A DNA stretch of 32,000 nucleotides, from contig NC_010085.1 of NCBI RefSeq assembly GCF_000018465.1, positions 720,001 to 752,000 on the forward strand, written 5' to 3'. The DNA comes from Nitrosopumilus maritimus SCM1. Its GTDB lineage: Archaea; Thermoproteota; Nitrososphaeria; Nitrososphaerales; Nitrosopumilaceae. The notes under the pieces are model-generated. The model was not told the DNA's origin and made no database searches. It saw only the letters and a list, made by a program, of their open reading frames with translations. How positions within the stretch are numbered: position 1 is the stretch's first letter; the number at the start of each line of letters is the position of its first letter. This document shows, piece after piece, positions 25,167 through 32,000 of the stretch. The position numbers were made by a program, and so were the translations under genes.

Positions 25167-25442
25167 CTATTTTATTTCTTGAGTTTTCTTACCTATACTG
25201 TCTTTGTTTTTTGATTCTGATTCATCTACTATTTGCTCCATCTTTTCGGCAAATTCCTTGTAAATTTTCTCTAGTTCTTTTAATGGTAATTCAATACCTA
25301 GTAATTTCATAGTTTTATTCCAAGATTCAATGTATTTTTCATCATCAAGACCCTTTCCCAGAGTTTCAGCTATGGAGTGAACTCCCTCTGTTTTTCCTAG
25401 AGCATAAATGGCTATTTCACGTTCAGTTAGCATCATTATCAC
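25167..25442 (-). CDS. Small helical hypothetical protein
   Basis: 91 aa with Met codons at 25442, 25436 and 25433. It overlaps the 3' end of the upstream micro-ORF by up to 20 nt. Confidence 0.5.
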   Translation of the reverse strand: MIMMLTEREIAIYALGKTEGVHSIAETLGKGLDDEKYIESWNKTMKLLGIELPLKELEKIYKEFAEKMEQIVDESESKNKDSIGKKTQEIK

Positions 25443-25560
25443 TCTCTGTCATGTAATAGTGGAGTTCAGTATAGCATTCAACGCAATATTCTTCAAAGTT
25501 GGTATGATCACAATCATAGACTTTTTTTACATCATTACTACATTTTGCACAAATTGGCAT
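25423..25560 (-). CDS. Possible 45-aa zinc-ribbon micro-protein
   Basis: Below the track cutoff. ATG at 25560 gives MPICAKCSNDVKKVYDCDHTNFEEYCVECYTELHYYMTESDNDAN (CxxC ... CxH ... CxxC). Confidence 0.4.
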   Translation of the reverse strand: MPICAKCSNDVKKVYDCDHTNFEEYCVECYTELHYYMTESDNDAN

Positions 25561-25567
25561 GATATTC

Positions 25568-25960
25568 TCAGTTAGATTTTGCTATCTTTATTCCACCTAA
25601 TGCCAATTGGATTATGGCTGGAATCAACATCATGGCCATTGAAGCCATAGGGTCTCTATCTGAGGTTTCAGCTGAAGGTGCTGGATTTACCATTACTACA
25701 ATTCCACCAAGAATAATCAAAATACCTGTAATGATGATCATGACTCCTAATCCTTTGGAGGGTTCTTTTAGAGAAATGAAGAATGCTATAATTGGTAAAA
25801 TTAATGCAGGTGCTCCCAATCCCATACCTCTTTGCATGTGATCAAGGGGCAAAAATCCATAGTCGCTATCTGAAGACATTGCAACTGCAACATCTGCAGC
25901 ATAAATCAATAGCAATCCTATTGCAATTCCTGTAATGACTAGTGCTGCAGTTAGTGCCAT
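25568..25960 (-). CDS. Small polytopic membrane protein (about 4 TM segments)
   Basis: 130 aa with four hydrophobic stretches rich in Gly/Ile/Ala. Confidence 0.6.
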   Translation of the reverse strand: MALTAALVITGIAIGLLLIYAADVAVAMSSDSDYGFLPLDHMQRGMGLGAPALILPIIAFFISLKEPSKGLGVMIIITGILIILGGIVVMVNPAPSAETSDRDPMASMAMMLIPAIIQLALGGIKIAKSN

Positions 25961-25993
25961 GATAATTTTTTTTCCTCACAACTAATATACTTA

Positions 25994-27136
25994 TCAGATA
26001 GATTGAACTGCTGCCCTAGGTTTTATGGATTCCAATTTCTTCAATAGATCTTCAACTGATTCATTGTTTGTAGATATCAGATTAAAATGACCTAGTTTTC
26101 TCATGGGTTTAGAAATTTTCTTTCCATACATTTTGAGAAATAGATTTTCTTCGGGGATTTCTAATGGCTTGTATTCTCCCTCAAAGGTTTTTGTTCCAAG
26201 TATATTGTACATTATGGTAGGACGTAAAAGTTTGGTACTTCCAAGATCTAATCCTAAAATTGCACGCAAATGTTGTTCAAACTGTGATGTTTCACTAGAT
26301 TCCAAAGTATGGTGTCCTGAATTGTGAACTCTAGGAGCAATTTCGTTAATTACAATCTGATCATCTCGAGTTACAAACATTTCAATTCCAAACACTCCTG
26401 CACCTTTTAGTACGTCCATAGTTTGACTGGCAATTTTTTCGGCATTCTTTGTTATTTCTTCAGAAACTCTTGCAGGAGCAATTGTTTCGCGCAAAATATT
26501 TTCTTCATGAATATTTTCTACAAGAGGAAATGTTTTGATTTCGCCTTTAGTGTTTCTAGCTGCAATTACAGATACTTCCATTTTGAATGGCACAAATTTT
26601 TCTAACATCAATTTTTGATCTTTGAAATAATCATATGCTGTTTGGACCATGTCTTCAGAGTCTACCTTAAAGTTTCCTCGTCCATCATATGCATCACGTC
26701 TTGCTTTGAGCAATGCAGGATATCCAAATTTTTTCAATCCCTCTTTAACATCATCAATGTTTGAAATTTCTATAAACTCTGGAACAGGGATACCGTGTTC
26801 TTTAAGAAATGTTTTTTGTAAGAATTTGTCTTGAATTGTATGTAATGTTTCAGGAGAAGGGTTAATCTCTGCATTTTTTTCAACGGATTTTAAGACTTCG
26901 CTATCTCCTGATTCAATTTCATATGTAATAATGTCTGATTTTTCTGAGAGTTCAATTATGGCATTTTTGTCTTTGAAATCTGCAACAATTTGTTCTGCAC
27001 CTACTTGAGCTGCAGGACAATTCTCTGTAGGATCCAATACTATGATTTTTGAAACATTTTCAGGCATCTTTTTGGCAGCCTCTGCTATCATCATGCCAAG
27101 CTGTCCTCCGCCTATGATCCCTAAAATTTTGGTCAT
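25994..27136 (-). CDS. purK: N5-carboxyaminoimidazole ribonucleotide synthase (ATP-grasp)
   Basis: N-terminal ILGIIGGGQLGMM, ATP-grasp segments (YPALLKARRDAYDGRGN, EIAPRVHNSGH), and an arrangement divergent from purE. Confidence 0.85.
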   Translation of the reverse strand: MTKILGIIGGGQLGMMIAEAAKKMPENVSKIIVLDPTENCPAAQVGAEQIVADFKDKNAIIELSEKSDIITYEIESGDSEVLKSVEKNAEINPSPETLHTIQDKFLQKTFLKEHGIPVPEFIEISNIDDVKEGLKKFGYPALLKARRDAYDGRGNFKVDSEDMVQTAYDYFKDQKLMLEKFVPFKMEVSVIAARNTKGEIKTFPLVENIHEENILRETIAPARVSEEITKNAEKIASQTMDVLKGAGVFGIEMFVTRDDQIVINEIAPRVHNSGHHTLESSETSQFEQHLRAILGLDLGSTKLLRPTIMYNILGTKTFEGEYKPLEIPEENLFLKMYGKKISKPMRKLGHFNLISTNNESVEDLLKKLESIKPRAAVQSI

Positions 27137-27235
27137 ATTACACCCAATATCTATGGAATAAAAATAGCTAATGTTACAGATTCATCAAAAATCTAAATCG
27201 TTATCATTAATTACTAACTAGTTTTTTCTAATATC

Positions 27236-27811
27236 GTGACATATTCAAAAAAACCCCTTGTTGGAATCATAATGGGTTCTAGTTCGGATTCTAGAATAAT
27301 GAAAGGAGCAGCTGAAATTCTTGATGATTTTAAAGTAAAGCATGAAGATCAAATTATTTCAGCACACAGAACTCCAGCTAGATTGGCAGAGTATGCACAA
27401 CATGCAGAAAAGATGGGTTTTGATATAATCATTGCAGGTGCTGGTGGAGCAGCACATCTTCCAGGTATGATTGCATCACATACAGTCATTCCAGTAATCG
27501 GCGTACCAATACTAGTTTACAATGACAAACACCACAAAAAAACAGATACTGAAAAATTTTCAGCATTTGGAGGATTGGATTCATTGTTGTCTATTACTGA
27601 AATGCCCTCGGGATCTCCTGTAGTTGCAGTAGGAGTAAACAAAGCAGGTAATGCAGGAATTTATGCAATGAAAATTTTAGCAAACAAATTCCCAGAACTC
27701 AAAAAGAAACTAAAACAACATAAATCTAATCAACATGAATCAGTTGTTAAAGAATCAGAAATGATGAAGAAACAAGGATTATCTTCTTTTGCTAAAAAGA
27801 AATTCAAATAA
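27236..27811 (+). CDS. purE: N5-carboxyaminoimidazole ribonucleotide mutase (class I PurE) with a loop insertion and a Lys-rich tail
   Basis: VGIIMGSSSDS, SAHRTP, AGAGGAAHLPGM and GGLDSLLSITEMPSG. GTG start at 27236. There are about 14 extra residues between GVP and GLDSL relative to my recollection of E. coli PurE. Confidence 0.85.
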   Translation: MTYSKKPLVGIIMGSSSDSRIMKGAAEILDDFKVKHEDQIISAHRTPARLAEYAQHAEKMGFDIIIAGAGGAAHLPGMIASHTVIPVIGVPILVYNDKHHKKTDTEKFSAFGGLDSLLSITEMPSGSPVVAVGVNKAGNAGIYAMKILANKFPELKKKLKQHKSNQHESVVKESEMMKKQGLSSFAKKKFK

Positions 27812-29020
27812 TTATGTCAATAATGTGAATTGAACATCTTTCTTTCTTAATGCTTCAATTAACGCATCTGCTTGCTCTTTTCCTTGAGTTTCTAAATTCA
27901 TAGTAACTGATGCCGAACCTGCATTAACATTTGAACTTAATCTGTCATGAACAACTTCTACAATGTTGGCATTTGCAAGGGTAATGACATCAACAATTTC
28001 TTTGAATGAACCTGGTCTGTCAGGTAGCAATACTGATAATTTCAATAATCTACCCATAGCAGCAAGACCTTTGTCTACTATTTGTCCCAAGAGATACATA
28101 TCCACATTTCCTCCTGCCAATACTGCAACTACTTTTTTGCCTGGGGCAGGTTTTTTTGAAATTAGATAAGCTAAACTGGCAGCACCTGCGGGTTCTACTA
28201 CAAATTTCATCCTCTCCATTAAGAGAAACATTGCTTTTGTAATTTCAGTATCATCTACTAGAACAACTTCGTCTATGAGTTCATTAATTACACTAAACGT
28301 TAACTGTCCTGGAACTTTTACTGATATACCATCTGCAATTGTTCTTGCACCTCCACTTGCAGTGATTGATCCTTGTTTTACTGATTCATACATTGATGGA
28401 AAAGATCTTGATTGTACTCCAATAACCTGAACATTGGGGTTTTTTTCTTTAATTGCAATTAAGGTACCTGCAGCCAATCCTCCACCACCTATTGGAAGAT
28501 ACACTTGATCAACATCTGGCAAGTCCTCTAGTATTTCTAAACCAATTACACCCTGTGCTGCAATAATTTGAGGATCATCAAATGCATGTATCATAGTTGC
28601 CCCAGTTTCTTTTGCAATCTCTTTTGCTTTTGCAGAAGATTCATCATAGTTTACACCTTCTAGAACCACATTTGCACCATAGCCTTTTGTTGCAGCCACT
28701 TTTGCAGGGGATGCATTTTTTGGCATAACTATAGTACAAGGAATTTCTTCAAGTGCTGAAGCTAATGCAACACCTTGTGCATGATTTCCAGCAGATGCTG
28801 CAACCACTCCTTGTTTCTTTTCTTCATCAGATAATGATTTGATTTTGTAATAAGCGCCACGAATTTTAAATGAACCAGTTTTTTGTCGGAACTCTGCTTT
28901 AAGATAAACTTCAGACTTTGTAAGCTCACTAAAAGTAGGTGAATGAATTAAAGGAGTTTTCTTTATTTCATTTCCTCGCATAGAGTTTGCTTTTTGTATC
29001 TCGTCAAATGTTGGTTCCAT
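27812..29020 (-). CDS. ilvA: Threonine ammonia-lyase (threonine dehydratase) with a C-terminal ACT-like domain
   Basis: PLP-lysine motif TGSFKIRGA, ASAGNHAQGVA and PIGGGGLAAG. 402 aa. Confidence 0.85.
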   Translation of the reverse strand: MEPTFDEIQKANSMRGNEIKKTPLIHSPTFSELTKSEVYLKAEFRQKTGSFKIRGAYYKIKSLSDEEKKQGVVAASAGNHAQGVALASALEEIPCTIVMPKNASPAKVAATKGYGANVVLEGVNYDESSAKAKEIAKETGATMIHAFDDPQIIAAQGVIGLEILEDLPDVDQVYLPIGGGGLAAGTLIAIKEKNPNVQVIGVQSRSFPSMYESVKQGSITASGGARTIADGISVKVPGQLTFSVINELIDEVVLVDDTEITKAMFLLMERMKFVVEPAGAASLAYLISKKPAPGKKVVAVLAGGNVDMYLLGQIVDKGLAAMGRLLKLSVLLPDRPGSFKEIVDVITLANANIVEVVHDRLSSNVNAGSASVTMNLETQGKEQADALIEALRKKDVQFTLLT

Positions 29021-29148
29021 TGGAAATGTTGCTAAGAAAACGATGTATTTGACTTCTTCTATACAAAAATTATTTTTTTAGTCAAATTTTATGCGTAAAT
29101 TTCTAGGAATGCCTAAATAGTAAACAAATCGCGTTTAAATCATATCAG

Positions 29149-29192
29149 GGAATCAGAACTCCCCTGTGAGAAATTTTCTCATATCTGATTCC
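29149..29192. promoter_or_regulatory. Nested inverted repeats downstream of ORF 29201..30037 and about 150 nt upstream of ilvA
   Basis: The outer arms are GGAATCAGA (29149-29157) and TCTGATTCC (29184-29192). The inner element is a 15-bp palindrome, TGAGAAA-T-TTTCTCA (29167-29181). Confidence 0.35.
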
Positions 29193-29200
29193 TTGGTCTT

Positions 29201-30037
29201 TTAGTTAATTATAGTTACAAACTCGTCTAGTCGTTTTACAATACCTTCTTTTGCAGATTCAGACATTTTTCTAGGGTCAAACAACCCTTCTCGAGTATTA
29301 TTTTTCACAAATTCTAAATCAAATGTACACAAACAACCCTCTTCACCAGATACAAGTTTTGAATCATCAATTAATGTGGGAGTTGTCTGATATGTTTCAA
29401 CTAAAAGTGAATCCAATTCATTAAACAACTGAGTCTTTTTTTCAGATAATTTTTGAAAATCAACTCCTGACTGTTCTTCAATTTCTGAAAAAATTTTTTC
29501 TCGAAACTCATCATTTTCATAAAAAACTTCAAAAAGTTTTTGATGATCAAAATCCTTGTATCCCATTTCTTTTAATTTGTCTAACACATATTGATCACTG
29601 TTGTTTGATAACTCTTCTTCTTTGTTTTTAGTCATGTCAATAATTTCAGATAATTCTTTTTGGCAATCAATCACTCTTTGATCTGGTTTGTAGTATAACA
29701 AAACATGAAATTGTATTGAGACATGTCCTGAAATCAAATAGTTTCCTTCCATGATTTCAAACTTCATGAAAATTCTTCTAAGATCTTCATTGTTTGATAT
29801 TGTTACATCTTGTATTGACCAATCTTTGAGATTTGTACCAATGTTTTGAAAATAATCCATCACTAGTTTTGGATCAAAGGTTTTTTGTTCTGAAACTGTT
29901 GCATCTCCCAACATGACTTTGGCATCGATCATTTTTGTCATGTCTGTAATTTTTGTAAGAAATGATTTTTGAATAAGATCATTTTTTTCATTCAAAAGTT
30001 TGATGAATTCATTGGGAGATCGTGTACCTAAACGCAC
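29201..30037 (-). CDS. Hypothetical protein (278 aa from a GTG start), divergent from the cyclase locus
   Basis: Long ORF with an acidic, helical composition and no motif I recognise. The first ATG gives MTKMIDAK at residue 33, so the true start is uncertain. Confidence 0.55.
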   Translation of the reverse strand: MRLGTRSPNEFIKLLNEKNDLIQKSFLTKITDMTKMIDAKVMLGDATVSEQKTFDPKLVMDYFQNIGTNLKDWSIQDVTISNNEDLRRIFMKFEIMEGNYLISGHVSIQFHVLLYYKPDQRVIDCQKELSEIIDMTKNKEEELSNNSDQYVLDKLKEMGYKDFDHQKLFEVFYENDEFREKIFSEIEEQSGVDFQKLSEKKTQLFNELDSLLVETYQTTPTLIDDSKLVSGEEGCLCTFDLEFVKNNTREGLFDPRKMSESAKEGIVKRLDEFVTIIN

Positions 30038-30108
30038 AAGATTTACAAAATTATTACTTGCCTTAAACCTTCATCAATGTCTAAATATGTAATTGAGTAA
30101 TTTTAGGC

Positions 30109-30231
30109 ATGGAAAGCTCTGGTTTTGCCTGCGATGAATGTGATGGCGAAATTGTAGAATATTATCATGAAGGGTATAAGGGGAAAAGAGGGAAATGTTC
30201 CCAATGTGGACAGGAATTTCCTTTAGAATAG
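30109..30231 (+). CDS. 40-aa zinc-ribbon micro-protein immediately upstream of the cyclase gene
   Basis: Below the track cutoff. ATG 30109 gives MESSGFACDECDGEIVEYYHEGYKGKRGKCSQCGQEFPLE (CxxC-x17-CxxC). The TAG ends at 30231, 8 nt before the cyclase ATG. The antisense track ORF 30074..30298 is the less plausible reading. Confidence 0.5.
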   Translation: MESSGFACDECDGEIVEYYHEGYKGKRGKCSQCGQEFPLE

Positions 30232-30239
30232 GAGAAAAA

Positions 30240-31031
30240 ATGGCTGAAAACAGTGTAGAAAAAGAATCAGATTCCAAGCAAGACAAAGTAGTAGACATGT
30301 TACTCAGTTCTGCATCAGAGAAGACATTAGATTCTGAATCAATGATTTTAGAAACTCAAAAAAGAGTATGGGGAGCATTAAAGAAAGGATATCAGTATTC
30401 AGGAGTAGCTGATGAATCTGACATATTCCTGAGAAAAAATGTATTTTCAAAATTAGATTTGGTTGTACTTTATGTTGATTTGGTTGGTTCAACCACAATG
30501 ACATTGGAAATGCCTGAAGAAAAGATTGCAATCATTATCAGTTCTTTTGCACAAGAGATGGCTGCAGTAATTAGACAGTATGAAGGCTATGTTCTCAAAT
30601 TTGTAGGGGATGCTGTGATTGGATATTTTGATGCACAAAGTAATGGTTTACTTGCATCGGATAACGCTGTAAATTGTGCAAAATCTATGATTACTGTAAT
30701 TCAAAAAGGAATCAATCCAATTTTGAATCAATATGATTATCCAGATTTGATGGTAAAGATTGGTGTAGATTTTGGTAAAAATATTGTTGTAAGATACGGT
30801 GCCGATGAACAGCAATCCCATGTAGATGTAATGGGACCTGCAATGAATATTGCAGCTAAAATACAAAACATGGCAAAACCTAATCAAATTTTAATCGGAC
30901 AAGATGTCTATCAGAGATTACATCCAAATTTCCAAAGAGATTTTGTTGAAGTAATATGGAAACAAGATGAATGGAAATATCGCTCCAGAGTCACTGGAGA
31001 AATTTACAAGGTTTACGAGTTTAAAGGATAA
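30240..31031 (+). CDS. Class III adenylate/guanylate-type nucleotidyl cyclase (cyclase homology domain), stand-alone
   Basis: Motifs occur in canonical order: LVVLYVDLVGST, LKFVGDAVIGYF, KIGVDFGKNIVVRYG, VMGPAMNIAAKIQ and NQILIGQDVYQRL. ATG 30240 is preferred over the track start at 30195, because GGAG lies at 30231-30234 and 30195 falls inside the zinc-ribbon ORF. Confidence 0.75.
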   Translation: MAENSVEKESDSKQDKVVDMLLSSASEKTLDSESMILETQKRVWGALKKGYQYSGVADESDIFLRKNVFSKLDLVVLYVDLVGSTTMTLEMPEEKIAIIISSFAQEMAAVIRQYEGYVLKFVGDAVIGYFDAQSNGLLASDNAVNCAKSMITVIQKGINPILNQYDYPDLMVKIGVDFGKNIVVRYGADEQQSHVDVMGPAMNIAAKIQNMAKPNQILIGQDVYQRLHPNFQRDFVEVIWKQDEWKYRSRVTGEIYKVYEFKG

Positions 31032-31044
31032 ATCCGATTTTTTA

Positions 31045-31191
31045 TTATACGGTGAATTTGTCAGGACATTCTACATGTTCGTAATGATGTTCTGTGAATT
31101 TTTCTTGAACAACATAGATTACAATCTTGTGTAGATCCTTTTCGTCAATGTCTTTTTTGCATCTGAGACACGTCTTTTTCATTTCGGCCAT
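31045..31191 (-). CDS. Possible 48-aa Cys/His micro-protein
   Basis: Below the track cutoff. ATG at 31191 gives MAEMKKTCLRCKKDIDEKDLHKIVIYVVQEKFTEHHYEHVECPDKFTV (CxxC ... HHxxHxxC). It is convergent with the cyclase gene and competes with track ORF 31127..31324 (+). Confidence 0.4.
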   Translation of the reverse strand: MAEMKKTCLRCKKDIDEKDLHKIVIYVVQEKFTEHHYEHVECPDKFTV

Positions 31192-31328
31192 GCGTACCAG
31201 CGATCTAAACTGCGAATCTATAAGGATCTGCGATCAGCTCAAATTGAGCAAAAATGACTCTGATTTCACTAAACTGTATATCAAATGCCCAAAGCAAGGC
31301 AGAAATATAGCAAAATCAGACTAATTTC

Positions 31329-31700
31329 GTGGAAAACACCGTCAATAAACACCTACAAGACCTCTATGGATTGAATCCAGACATCCCTCATATGGCACTA
31401 CAATTTCCTAGATTGCCCCCAGGACTAACACATCCTATGTTTAACATTCACAAAAATCCTGTAAAAGAACAATTTTCACGAGATGCAGAAACAATCAATC
31501 AAAAACTTCAAGGATTCCAACACATGTATCAACAATATGCAGCAGGACTGTTGACTGGAAACCAAGTAATTCCTCCAGGACACCCATTATACACTAAACA
31601 AAATTCTGTACAAGCACTTCAAGCTGAAAATGATAAACTGCTAAAAGAAAATACAGAATTAAAGAAAAAATTAGAAAAAGAATCCAAAAAACAAGATTAA
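31329..31700 (+). CDS. Hypothetical protein with a C-terminal coiled coil
   Basis: 123 aa from a GTG start (the first in-frame ATG is at residue 22). It has a Pro/Gln-rich N-terminal half and a heptad-like tail, QALQAENDKLLKENTELKKKLEKESKKQD. Confidence 0.45.
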   Translation: MENTVNKHLQDLYGLNPDIPHMALQFPRLPPGLTHPMFNIHKNPVKEQFSRDAETINQKLQGFQHMYQQYAAGLLTGNQVIPPGHPLYTKQNSVQALQAENDKLLKENTELKKKLEKESKKQD

Positions 31701-31757
31701 AAATTATTCAAACTTTTTAGAATAAGCCTTATTAGTTGCAAATCCAATTTTTAGTAT

Positions 31758-32000
31758 ATGGCTAAAACTCCTGCAGACAAATGGAAAGATACTGTTGTAA
31801 AATATAGAAAACAATGTCAAAAAATTTTGGACGTATCAAAGAATGTAAGATATGCGGGAGTGATTAATGTTTATGGAAGAACTTTGGCAGGAATTGTTCA
31901 ACCAAATCTTAAACCATTGTTAAAATCTGAACAGGTAAAAAATGAATTTTTCATAATTTCAACATTGATATCTTTGAGAAAAAATACTGCAAGTACTGTT
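31758..32000 (+). CDS. Hypothetical protein, 5' part only (runs off the window), possibly Roadblock/LC7-like
   Basis: ATG 31758 gives MAKTPADKWKDTVVKYRKQCQKILDVSKNVRYAGVINVYGRTLAGIV... and stays open to base 32000. The VRYAGVINxxGRxLAG segment loosely resembles Roadblock/LC7 strands, which is weak support. Confidence 0.4.
   Translation, partial: MAKTPADKWKDTVVKYRKQCQKILDVSKNVRYAGVINVYGRTLAGIVQPNLKPLLKSEQVKNEFFIISTLISLRKNTASTV

Noticed and set aside
30074-30298. 74-aa minus-strand ORF, and the 30195 ATG start proposed for the cyclase ORF
   Set aside because: The same interval on the + strand encodes a clean CxxC-x17-CxxC zinc-ribbon ORF (30109..30231) followed by GGAG and ATG 30240. The 30195 start would lie inside that ORF and add a non-conserved MFPMWTGISFRIGEK leader.
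30109-31031. Zinc ribbon and cyclase as one gene split by a frameshift or pseudogenisation
   Set aside because: The zinc-ribbon ORF ends in a proper TAG with a complete second CxxC. The cyclase has its own GGAG-ATG context. No homopolymer slippery site is evident at the junction. Two separate genes is the simpler reading.
31127-31324. 65-aa + strand track ORF
   Set aside because: It uses a non-ATG start and has a Cys/Ser/Phe-rich, low-complexity translation. It overlaps the ATG-started minus-strand CxxC/His micro-ORF 31045..31191, which looks more protein-like. Neither is certain.
29201-31700. Calling the cyclase locus a Pycsar- or CBASS-type defence system
   Set aside because: No recognisable effector (TIR, TM-spanning, patatin, endonuclease or cNMP-binding domain) is adjacent, and no other defence genes or mobile-element hallmarks flank it. 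It is kept only as one hypothesis in the finding, not as a call.
1-32000. tRNA, rRNA, other structured ncRNA genes, C/D-box sRNAs, and IS, integrase or provirus borders
   Set aside because: Scanning by eye found no GC-rich cloverleaf-like segments, no GGTTCGAATCC-type T-arm motif, no RUGAUGA...CUGA box pairs in intergenic gaps, and no transposase or integrase-like ORFs or long terminal repeats. Absence by eye is not proof. tRNAscan or Infernal would be decisive.

Overview
AT-rich archaeal chromosomal segment of roughly one-third GC by eye (not computed). The gene content fits a Nitrosopumilus-like ammonia-oxidising thaumarchaeon: a CdvB/ESCRT-III homologue, an archaeal type II GAPDH, an Hjc-type resolvase, and TATA-like boxes 22-38 nt upstream of start codons. 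The organism call is an inference. Most of the window is tightly packed housekeeping:
- a dispersed biotin cluster (bioF, bioB, bioA, bioD)
- a split DipZ-like CcdA/thioredoxin pair plus a DsbA-like protein
- HMG-CoA synthase
- a luciferase-like oxidoreductase/thiolase/DUF35 operon
- gap, thrC, purK/purE and ilvA
- an SPFH protein, a CNNM/CorC transporter and a sugar-phosphate nucleotidyltransferase

I saw no rRNA, tRNA, CRISPR array, integrase or transposase. Features not explained by routine annotation:
1. A stand-alone class III nucleotidyl cyclase, apparently operonic with an unlisted 40-aa zinc-ribbon ORF, flanked by uncharacterised genes (29.2-31.7 kb).
2. At least six further Cys/His-rich micro-ORFs below the ORF-track cutoff in otherwise empty intergenic gaps, including a convergent metallothionein-like pair.
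3. A perfect 8 x 30 bp tandem repeat encoding a Pro/Glu linker.
4. Operator-like DNA motifs in the bio/metalloprotease intergenic regions.
5. HMG-CoA synthase translationally coupled to an unknown 182-aa ORF, while thiolase/DUF35 sit 10 kb away coupled to an LLM oxidoreductase.

All functional calls rest on motif recognition by eye. No database search was possible.
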